Source: Catajapyx aquilonaris (taxonomy: Eukaryota). Taken from it: a stretch of DNA of 64,000 nucleotides. Below are positions 53,442 through 64,000 of the stretch, piece after piece; the stretch's first letter is position 1; every line of letters begins with the position of its first letter. The notes below the pieces were generated by a model that did no database searches, had not been told where the DNA came from, and saw only the letters and a program-made list of their open reading frames with translations. The DNA is taken from NCBI GenBank assembly GCA_000934665.2, contig JYFJ02000840.1, positions 1 to 64,000 on the forward strand, written 5' to 3'. The translations under genes were made by a program, and so were the position numbers.

Positions 53442-54212
53442 TTGACACTAAACCGCTTGTTTTAAGCAGCTACTTTAGAACAGTAACTTTGAAGGGTTAT
53501 AAAAAATTGTTCGCTAAAACATATTGAAATGTTTGTCGGCCATTCCGCTGAGAGGATTATCTAGCAAGAAACAAAAGAGGCTGTAACTATTGGTCAAAAG
53601 TTAAAGGCACCAGAGTATGGCATCACGAATCCTCCAATTGCAATGGGTCGTATTTTCAACATCAATGAACCAGGACCACTCATATGTTAGCAACGTCACT
53701 CATCGTCAAATTGGATGGTGCCAGAGCAGGGATCTTGTTGCTCATATCAACAAAAAAGGATTAAATACATTTTAAAACCCCACTTTGGGAAGTTGAATTC
53801 ATCTCTCCTGCTCAGTGCACAGAGAAAGAACATATCATGTGCTTCCGTAGGCAGAAAATTAATTATTATAGAGCCAATTAGAGGTGAGACGACTGATTCG
53901 GGGCCTTTCCTTTTGAGGTGGCTTCGCCAGGTATAAATTAAAACCCTATACTTTACGAGTGTATTCTCCTAAGGGGAAACTCCCTTTGTGAGCATAGAAA
54001 CTAAAACTAGAGGCATATGCAAACTTGCCCCACATTTGTACGGTCATTTTCTCCCTCTTGCTCCGGACAGAAAAACACACCCCGAGGCTGTGTAACTGGG
54101 GCTTATAGGTAGGTTTCCCAATGAACTAAAAATAATTGGCTAATTATCTTTGATAACCCATCAAAGAAACTGTTCCAGGGTAATCTCTTAAAAATAAGCG
54201 GCTTAGAGTCAA
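53442..54212. mobile_element. Degenerate long inverted repeat pair, probably an old non-autonomous DNA transposon remnant
   Basis: About 53442-53507 is a diverged reverse complement of about 54146-54212 (TTGACACTAAACCGCTTGTTTTTAAG / CTTAAAAATAAGCGGCTTAGAGTCAA). True ends and TSD are not resolved. Confidence 0.45.
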
Positions 54213-57200
54213 GAATGAAAAAACCACTATGTACGTATACCTGTATAATAGATTCCATGAACCTGTGAAGTTTTGATATTGTTGCGTGTTCCTCTTATAG
54301 CATTAGGGATTTCTGGGTGGGAAGATCATTTTAAGCATCTACACTCTACAGTAATACGTAATAATTTAATTTCTAAAAAGTAATCTATATAACTATTAGT
54401 TCCAATGGTTGGAAAGTGTTATTGTAGTTAAAAGGCATCCGGTAAACAAAAGTAAATATGTTTTCTCAAGTGTTTTATAAAAATAGCGCATATTGAAACT
54501 TTATGCCATGACCATGAGTAACACTTCTGAAGAAAATAAATCCCTGAGATACTTGTGACACCTGTCAAAATAATAAAGCAAAAAGTCAGACAGAACTCAG
54601 CATAGGACTAGGCAAGAGTTTCTGTTTGCATAATTATGACGTCCCAGTATTTTCACAAAATCATATTGCACAAATTAATAATATTCCAAAGGCAAGCCGA
54701 ATCTTCATACTGCATAACTCAGGTATAACATAGCGTTAATACTGTATGTAACATTTTATAACTTTGGCAGTAGGATTAGCAGCGAAAACATAATTATTAA
54801 AAGCAATATGGATATTGTAAAACTGGCCTGCTGAAGCCGACTCCGCCACCCGCAATACAAAATACAGCGCTCATGAACTTTCAAACACAACGTAACTCCA
54901 TTGGAACTAACGAACCCACAAGCCAGTGGCCACTAATGAGCAGGTAGGCAACCACAACCGCCATGCACCACGAGCCCAAAGTGCTGCTCCCTATGAAAAG
55001 CCAGGCCCTGACCGTCACCAGCCATTCCCAGAATGCCATATACCCATTCATTAGTCGCAATGAGAAGAATACCCTCTCACCCTGCTCCCTGGAAAATCCT
55101 TCGCCCCAGGCCCGAACGAATCCTGGAGTTCACATGTAACGCACTAATGAAGCCTTAATGAGGTCAGAGGAGAGTAAGTCACAGCTAATGAGATTTGCCC
55201 AAAGCTCCACATACTGTACCCGACTATGAGTGTGCAGAGGAATTTTTAAGCTATGTGCTGGTACGTACGGCACGACTGGAACACGACCGCAGCATGTGTC
55301 CAGTTCACGGCGAATCGCACACATGTTCCAGACACGTACTTTCCCTGGGTATATACGAAGGCACCTGAATCATGATGGAGACTTCTTTGCGTGTGTTGGG
55401 TGGACTTTTGGGTGGGGCTAGTTGGCCTCGGTTGCTATGGAACCATCGACGTGCTTGGTCGCAAGCAGGTGAGGAGGTGGCAGGCAGGCCATCCAACCTT
55501 TGCCTAATGCTAATGTGGTACAAACCTTCTATATGGGACGTCGTCGATACGCAACTTGCCTGCACCTGACAACCTAGATGATCCTGGGTGTCAAAAGGGT
55601 GACAGCAAAAGGCGCTTTCACAGTATGAAACGGTGCATAAAACTGCATCAGTGACGTCATGCGTTCGATTGCTTCTAGATCGCGTGCTAGCCTGGCAATC
55701 GAATATGGCGGAATTTTACTGACAATAATCACAGCTCCTTTCCATTGCAGGAGCAGAATGCTACTTGAGCCGTGATGTCATATGAGTTCGATTGGTTTTA
55801 TGGACTGTGAAATCTAATGCATGTAATTGGTCCGGAACGGATCTAGTTGCATGCAGTGTAGACGCTTGGAAATTCGGGTAGACTGTGCGTGTGTTTTATA
55901 TCGCGTCCAGGATTACTGCGGATTTTGCGTGGCCAGCTTGCTCAAGTCACTGGCTAATTACATTTTTGTTCATTTTTTACTTCTGGCCAAAAGCAGCAGG
56001 AACAGCTGCCGTGTGCGAACATCAAGTACCGACAGTTCAGCTCGCACAGCGTTTTGCATTGGACTAGAAAACTAACCAATCTCGTTTCCCAAAATTCAGA
56101 TTAGCCTCGATTTCCATTCAAGTATGTTACTGTGCACAACTGAAGGACCAATGGACCGACAAAGGTGATTACATTTGCTGTTCAGCGGGCAGTTTGATAC
56201 CTGTTCCAGGCCCATCAAACCATGGGAATAGGCTACTTCATTATGGGAAAAGCGAATTAATTAGCTCCTCGACTTTCCTCGGGGCAGGATGGAACAGCTC
56301 ATTATAAGCGAGTGTTGTAAAAGTCAACAATAGATTTGAAGATTACTGCCTCGACGTAAGTCAAGCCGCAGCCAAAATTGCCTCAAAGTGTGAAAACCAA
56401 GAGCAGTTAGCAGCATAAGCAGTGCCCTAGAGACCAGCACACCCGCCATTATTCCCAACCCGCATGGTACAGTAGTTAGCAAAATCCTGCATTACTATAC
56501 TTCTAATGCACATGGCTAAAAGTGCAAGTGGCTCGTGTTCATCGTGGTATGAAAGCCACGGAACGAGTCCAGCGGAACATCTGTGCACATGTAAAAGGCT
56601 CCCAGCAGAAAGCAGTGGCCAGTTACAACCCTGGATCGATGGGAAGTAATTTGGTCAAGAGGTTTCTTCGGCTTGTGTTGGCAGCTTGGCTGAATAAGTT
56701 GGAACCCGACGTCGTCGTCGACGCAAACCTTTTTTTTCCAACTCTCAGGTCAGCAGGAATGCACTCGGCACATCTGTACCACTGGCCACTGCACCCTCAC
56801 CCTTGGGGCTTTTCCCTGATGGCAAGGATTTCCCACTACGACTGTACTGTAGTGTGCTGACCTCGATACGGTACATACATATCGAATCAGGATACTGCAA
56901 TACACTAGCGAATTTTTCAATACCCTATAATATGGAGGGCCCTCCCTTTATCAAAATGCGCATAGCTTTGGCTATACAGGTATCTTCAGCACGTCATTAA
57001 CCTGGCTAATTGCAACCGACAAGTACCCACTTGCTTATTGAAATCAGGGTAGTTTAACCGGGAGTAGGCATCATGTTTACAAAGCCTTATTGTACGTAAT
57101 TAGCGGCCCAATGCATTTCATGCCCTTTTCCATGTTTACAGCATTATAATTACGATTTGTTAAAAAGTAATTATTTGCTGCAGCGCAACCCTGGCAGAAC

Positions 57201-59434
57201 ACAGCTGCAAAATTGATTGAAACTTGTTTCGAGCGGAACATCCAACTCGCATCCGTGAGTCTCAGAGTTTGAAATTGCACCCATGGGGTGTTTTCCCCAG
57301 TTTGTCACAAATTTGCACCAGCGATGTGGCTGCGTGGGGTTAAGACAAGCAAATAAACCCGTTTGGGCATTGCAAACCCGGTTCAGGTGGGCATCCAGCC
57401 AAATGCTACACGCTGAATTAGTCCTACGAATCGGATACCAGTTAACATATGTTGTCAGTGTACCTTTTTCCGGTGACTTCACAGGATTAGCATCGATATT
57501 GCCACCGACCCTGGTGCATGAGAAAACCAACATTTCACACGCTCCCCTAGTTTCCAACCTCATGTAATAGATCTCTCGTGTCATTTTTTTTTTGTGCAAG
57601 TTACGCGGAATGTTATACGAGAACATCATTAAGCCTTTCGCTTGCTATTTCATATTAAGCTAGGAAAACAAATGAAGGCCGCCAAAATTGACATTCTACT
57701 GCCTCCTATGGCTTCTCATTTCCTTGACTAATTGCGTCTTTACGCTGAAATAATTAAGAAAGTTCTAACGAAGAGTAATGAGGTGCGGAATCGGTAGAAG
57801 TGTAGCGCAGAGAGGCCCTATAGGCTTTTTGCTTAAAAATATCGAATTTGGTCTCAATTTTTTTAAATATTTTGTACACGTGGTTGATGATTGGGTCTTG
57901 CTTGGGGTAGCAACCAACTGATGTTGAAACATGCGACTGACCTGTACAGTAAGGTGTGGGAAGGTAGAGGTCAGGGAAGACCGTCCATCATGAAGCTTAG
58001 CAATGTGGTGTCCAGATTGGCGTCCCGGATACGGAATACCAGCTCTTTCCGCAGACGCTCGCTTCCCACTGGCCACACTAAAGGAGAGGAGGAGAGAAGC
58101 AGGCCAGAAAAGCATGCATGCGGTGCCCATAGGACCCATCACGCCTGCGCACCCCCTCCATACATATTACCATTACAAGTTGCGAACTCGTCCATCATTT
58201 TTATGCACCAGAAAAAAACAACAGGTAACTAATATTGGCTCGCCTGCAAAAGTTACCGAAACTTTTCTTGATAATTAGCTGGAAAATTGTTCCAGTTAGT
58301 ATTAATTAGGGGCTTCTTCGATTATTTTTTTTGGAGCATGTAGCTGGTGAGGACAATCCATGGAATCAATCAGGTGTGGGGGATGAAGTAGGCTTAGGGT
58401 CAAAGTGGTGGGCATTTTATCCCGGTCTTCGAATCCCGGAGGCGGAGGCTGGCAGGGGTCGGCTGAGTGGCAAAAGGTGGCTGGCCCACCCCGCATGAAT
58501 AATGCGCTCACTGAGAAAGAGGACCATGCTGAGACCTTACCTTTTTTTGCCTCATTTCTCGATCAATCTACGGCAACCCAAGTTCGAGGAAGGACGATTA
58601 TTCCTGCCGCCATCGATCCTCAAAGCTTGCTATAAGGTCCCTTTTTTCACACTAGCTCTAGATTTTTTTTTTTTTTGCTCATCAACGCATTGCTTTATTG
58701 ATTTTCAAAACTTTTTGCTAGATTGCTAGTCGTTCCCTTAGATAGGTAAGTAAATAAATGGATTAGAGTGGCATTGCTCGATAGGAGTAAAATAATGCTG
58801 AAGTTGCAGGTGGAGTTTGTCGTTTTGGAAATTGTCACCTGGGTTGAAATCATAGTGTCTTATTGCAAAATTGCATGTTGTCCAATGTGCACTGGAGAAT
58901 GCCAGCAGGTTGAGCACCCTGCAGTTATTGTCTGCCCTATTATTAGTAAAGAATTTGATGGACCTTTGCTTCATATTAATATGGAGAACTATCATGAGAA
59001 TCGCTTTTCGAGTGACAGATTTCGCATTAATTTACTTTGGAAGTGCAATATTAAGTCGAAATATCAAATCTAACTGTGCCTCGATTCGTTATAAAAGGAG
59101 GCAAGCACTAAATTGAGTTGCTTGGTAGTACTTCTGAAAAGGAGCGCCTGATTTCCTCGAGACGCTCGATTAAGCTCATGTGCTTTCATCATCTAATATT
59201 CACTTTTTACTGTAATATACTTCTTTAACGTCTACAAGGCTTCAGAGCCACATGCCTCTTCCGTGAAACGTAATACTACCTTAATTGACACGTATACTAC
59301 TGCATTGTTGCAGCAGTAGTTCACCTCTTCCATGATTTTTTTTAAAAATACTGTGAACCCGTAAACCTTTCATATCATTTGTGGTCATGTTACTTTATGG
59401 CTTTTTTACAGTGTATGAAGTTGACAATGTTTTA

Positions 59435-59526
59435 TTTGTTTGTTTGTTTGTTTGTTTGTTTGTTTGTTTGTTTGTTTGTTTGTTTAATTAATTACTTAAT
59501 TATCGTCGTCGTCGTCGTCGTCGTCG
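59435..59526. repeat. Compound microsatellite: (TTTG)12 followed by (TCG)8
   Basis: Perfect runs at 59435-59485 and 59503-59526. Confidence 0.95.
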
Positions 59527-60960
59527 TTGATATTAAATACAGATTAACGGGGGAAACAACTGTGCTGAAACACTGTGCATAGTCTGCATATTTTCCATGC
59601 AAAATCTATTCGGTCGATTATACTCAGCCTATTCTCCGGATTTTCAGAAAGAAATTGATAATAGATAAAGAGCTCGATACTTTGTAATACCGCAATTTTG
59701 CAAACTCTCGAGTTTTATAGGTCAAAATATGTAGCAGGACAGCTTCATAAAATTTACGTCTTGTTTTGATATTTCAAAAATTGTAGATCTTTAGGTTCCG
59801 GGCCACATCACGGAGATTACCACTGACGAACGTTCAAGCAGGCAGATAGCATTAGGCATGTAGAGTAGGCTATTGTTCTTTTCAATCCTACCAGCATAAT
59901 TCCAAACTTTCATTTGAGGCGGGTCATCTGCAATGTGTCATGGAGCATAAAATATTTTAAACACTGTACACGTGTGTACAGTATAATGTACACAGTCATG
60001 CAGTAGCCTACCGTACGTAAACGTGCATGGTGTATTTTGCAAGAGAAGCTTGTGTCACTGTCAGGCCAAGGCAGAATGCTACATTTTATGATATGACGGG
60101 AATTTTTTGTGAATAGGCTCCCTTCACAGTCCGAGGCCACGCTTCTTGCCCCTGTACTCTGTGCAAATTGGTGAGACAATAGAGGTGGTTTGGCTGCATA
60201 CCTGATCAGGATAAAGGGACGTTGAATGAAACGAACTTTGGGAGCGGAGGTGGTGGCAAGTGGTGGGAGGGAGGGATGCCAATTCCATCAAAACTAGTCC
60301 AGCCAGCTTTCAACGGCTATAATTTAGTTTTGATTTTAACATTCAGCTCTGAATAATGTTATTTCTCTAAATTACGAATGTGACGCTCTGGTACTCCTGT
60401 TATGTGGCCTTGCCATTGGCAACCCTGCGACTGAAAGATGGCAGCCAAGATGGCGCAAATGGAGAGTTGCTTCTGCCGAGTTTTCCCTTGGGTCTGAGCA
60501 GGTCTGAGGATAGGACCCCTTCTGCCTTCTCCCTCATTCGCCCGCTGGGACAGGGATGCCCCCACCAGAGGAGATCAGCCTGCATCGTGTACACGTAATT
60601 ATGGCTGCCATGTAGCTTAAACTGTTCCAGTCGGGGCAAGGGTTGATCACCGACTCTTATGATCGCCTGCCCACAGGTGCCACTCTTTCGATTAACAGTC
60701 AGTTTGGGACAGAAAGTAGTTCATTTGGGCATAGAGCACTGGAGGTGCACAGATGGCTACGGGGTTGCACTACAATCACTCTACTGTTCGTACGTGTAGT
60801 GCGATATTTTGAAGTTTGCTTCCAGCCGCCTTTGGCTTCGTGGGCAAAAGACAGAGCAATGTTTGACCTGTGCACAGTGATAAATGTATAAATTTCTGTT
60901 GCATTGCACAGGTATGCAACCACTTCAACCACATCATTATAGACCAACAGGTTAGCCACC

Positions 60961-61307
60961 ATGTCAAGTGAAACAACACGAAGAACAGCACCGCGGGATA
61001 TGAAGGATGTGCCAGCAGAGCAGAGCCCTCTAGAGCAAGCTAAGACCCAGCTGGCTCGCCTGAATGGAGAAATCAACCGTATGAACAAAGAACAGCTGGA
61101 GAGAAAGCTGCAGGCACTCAAACTGGATGTGGAAGGGAACCGTGATGTCCTTAAAAAGAGACTCAAAACTTACTACAGAGAGGAAAAGCTGGGACCACTT
61201 GAAGCAGCAGAGGCAGCAGCAATTAAGTCAAGTGGGAAGATATATGACTACTACATTGTCATTGACTTTGAGGCCACTTGTGATGCCAACAACAGGACTA
61301 ATTTTAT
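60961..61307 (+). CDS. ERI1: 3'-5' exoribonuclease ERI1, coding exon 1 (SAP domain and start of the DEDDh nuclease)
   Basis: GCCACC-ATG context. SAP-like INRMNKEQLERKLQALKLDVEGNRDVLKKRLKTYY, then ExoI motif YDYYIVIDFEATC. Phase-2 donor AT|gtgagc. Confidence 0.92.
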
Positions 61308-61453
61308 GTGAGCTGGATTTTTAATGTTACAGATTGTCCATGTACTCGTATAGTACAGCACACTAACCTTTAGCTTTATGACTCCCATGTAAAGCATACA
61401 TGAAGCATCCTTATAGTATAAACGAGAGTGGATGCGTATAAGGTCTTCAATTT

Positions 61454-61615
61454 CAGTAAAACCTCGATATAATACTCCCGCATATAATACGTTCCGCTTT
61501 TAATGCCCCATTTTTCCAGTCCCTTGATAATTTCCATAAGGTAAATTTTCCCCCTTATAACGCTACAAATACTTTTGGGCGGTCCCTTGAAGAGTGGTAT
61601 ATCAAAGTTTTACTG
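61454..61615. mobile_element. MITE (pogo/Tigger-like CAGT ends) in the intron after ERI1 coding exon 1
   Basis: Ends CAGTAAAACCTCGATATA / TATATCAAAGTTTTACTG. TA on the right flank and TT (degenerate) on the left. Internal subterminal ATATAATAC repeats. Confidence 0.65.
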
Positions 61616-61759
61616 TATAGAAATTAGAAATGCATGATATCATGGAATTGATTGAGGACTGACTGATAAACTATAGTACAGTACATTGTTGCCCCAGTAA
61701 GTAACATCCTTGTCATTCATTGATTTGTTCTAATTGTGTGCAATTGATCCTCCATTCAG

Positions 61760-62048
61760 GCATGAAATAATTGAATTCCCAGCAGTGCTGGTGAGTGCAT
61801 CGGAAAAGCGCATAGTGGCTGAGTTCCACAGATACTGCCAACCTTCTATGCAACCTAAGCTGAGCCAATTCTGTCGAGAGCTGACTGGAATCTCTCAGCA
61901 TCGTGTGGATCAGGCGCAAACATTTCCAACAGTCCTCTCCAGGTTTAAAGAGTGGCTGCACCAAAGAGGAATTGGTACCACTTACACATATGCTGTCGTC
62001 ACAGATGGGCCATGGGATATGGGAAGGTTTCTACGTTTACAATGCCAG
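61760..62048 (+). CDS. ERI1: 3'-5' exoribonuclease ERI1, coding exon 2; remaining exons not found in the window
   Basis: Phase-2 acceptor ccattcag|. Encodes HEIIEFPAVL...PKLSQFCRELTGISQHRVDQAQTFPTVL...VTDGPWDMGRFL, all ERI1-family motifs. Donor CAG|gtgagc. Confidence 0.93.
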
Positions 62049-62632
62049 GTGAGCCATCCAAAACATTTTCAGTTGGATTATTTTTCTTTTCTATATTCAA
62101 TGATTTTACTCTCCTTTGTATCATGAGAAGACCAGTGGGTTTAGAACTGAAGCCCCTTTACCTGTCATAAAGTTAATCTGATAAATAAGAAAAATTTCAA
62201 AGTTGTAAGGCTTCATGCCTAGTTCATTAGCAGAGCCTTCTTGTTGCCCTCATACCTCGATAACAAATCTCGATGGCATCTGAGTGGCAGGGGATTCATG
62301 AAATGTTCCGAAAAAGACCCCTCCCCACTGTGACCTCATCTTTACTATTTGCCAGCTTATGTTGTACAGAGCTATGATAAGCAGAGGTATGGCAAGAGAA
62401 AGTGAGATGCAATAATGCCTTGTAGTTAGCAGTTTATTCAAATGTTCTACCCAGCAATATTGAGACATTTAACTTGCTCCTGTACCCAACATCTGGTTTC
62501 TGGTACTCCTGAGGTCATAAAATTTCCATAGTACCTGATGGAGATTTCCTTTGACAGAACTGCCAGAGGCAAGTATTTTGGGCATTTGATCCAACAATGG
62601 GATGAGTGGTGTCTATATGGTCTTATGGAGTA

Positions 62633-62794
62633 CAGTGATGGACATAAATCGAGGCATACTGCCAGCAACATTTTCCGAAGCGGCAGAAGAAGGAATCTTG
62701 CTCGCCGGCCTTGCAGTAACCTTATTTTCGATTCCTTCTTCTGCCGCTTCGGAAAATGTCGCTAGCAATATGCCTCGATTTATGTCCAACACTG
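62633..62794. mobile_element. MITE, Tc1/mariner-type, 162 bp, in the intron after ERI1 coding exon 2
   Basis: 65-bp TIRs starting CAGTG (4 mismatches), 32-bp spacer, TA on both flanks. Confidence 0.88.
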
Positions 62795-64000
62795 TACACT
62801 TGAATAAACCAGACTTCAAGTTACTATTGCATCTCACAGTTCTCTCACCACATGCCTCTGTCTCAGATACCTGCGTCACCAGCCCTTACATTGGTCGGGC
62901 CTGAATAATCTTGAGGGGAAGATTCCCTCTTGGAACATTTTCTGGCTCTCGTGCCATTCTGAATTCAATGAAATAGGTTCCACTGGCAGGTGACACTTGT
63001 TGGGCTTTTAAAAATGATTGATCCTGGATATATTTGTAACCATGCCCTCCAATGGTTGACTAGGTGACTTTTATTCAAATAGACTGTATGGTGAGAGTGA
63101 ATGGGTTATAGATAACCTAGTGCATATTTCAGCTGAATTAAGAGTTGGTGTTTGAACTTTCCAATCTTCTTAGCGGTGGTCGAATTACGCAGAAAATACA
63201 CAAAAACCGAAAGAATCCGTCAGTTGACACACTTTGAATTAGCACACCCCTGATTGTAATTGACACCCCCTCCTCAGGGATGGAATATATGCTGTGGACG
63301 ATAACCTTTCTTTGAGTCCAGCAGGGAACATTTCCCCAAAATGACTTGCTCCTAACATCATTATTTTCCCGTTTTTCCCTGCGTATATCCCTTGTTACTG
63401 ATGTGTAAGCAGGCAGAGACCCGTCGCTAGGTCGTCCGCGTCTCTCACATGATTTGTAAACAGTGCAACAATGGAAAGGACACTATAAGCACTCTCCATA
63501 TACTGGTGTTTGAATTGGCCCGCCGGCACGGGTTGCCAGGTAACATGCGCCGTCGCCGACAAAAAAAAACCATTCAGAGATGGCTAATGTGTCCAGACCT
63601 GTACAGCTGTGATTATTCTCAGAAAAATCCGAGATGGTCTAGCAACATGTAGGCCCACTTGATTGGGAAAAACATGCTGTATTTGAGGATTTTGATTTTT
63701 TTGACTGCCTCGAGGTCAAAAACAAATCAAAGACGAAATGAATGCCCGTTATGAGTTACTTGTGACCTAAGGAACACGAATATGACGATGAATTTCCATG
63801 GACAAAAACAACATCAAATTTTGTTGCATAGTGTAATTTGTTAACCTCCCTTGCGACTCCATATATTACGTTTGTGACCCACAGTTTGGGAAGCACTGCA
63901 TAGGAATGCTGTCAGTTGGTTGGTTGACTGATTAGGAGTTGCATCTGAGCATCTCAGAACTCATCAGGTTCTTACTCCCGTGGTTACCAACAACAATCTC

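Noticed and set aside
62538..62904. ORFs on both strands sharing DINRGIL..FSEAAEEGI
   Set aside because: Mirror translations of the MITE inverted repeats, not ERI1 exons.
1..64000. CRISPR arrays, rRNA, tRNA, snRNA, transposase or reverse-transcriptase ORFs
   Set aside because: None recognised by eye; degenerate copies cannot be excluded without a profile search.

Overview
Eukaryotic, most likely arthropod, genomic DNA with spliceosomal introns as short as 55-62 nt and long intronic/intergenic stretches. Four protein-coding loci are supported. (1) The 3' coding exon (TM6-TM7 and tail) of an alpha-adrenergic-like octopamine receptor, OAMB type (+, 15051-15428). (2) A compact four-exon unrecognised single-pass membrane protein gene (+, 35491-36330). 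(3) A complete GPI-anchored Ly6/uPAR three-finger gene of the quiver-like family (-, 47322 to 37929). (4) The first two coding exons of the SAP-domain DEDDh exoribonuclease ERI1 (+, 60961-62048). The most notable system is in the Ly6 gene. Its third coding exon is present as two tandem 115-nt paralogous copies that cannot be co-included in frame, so they are predicted mutually exclusive. The flanking introns carry sequences that could form competing RNA duplexes looping out either copy. The window also holds several TA-flanked MITEs, long hairpins (one pri-miRNA-like), an alternating-orientation triplication and microsatellites. Most ORFs in the supplied track are spurious. All calls come from reading the sequence by eye; no searches or folding programs were run.
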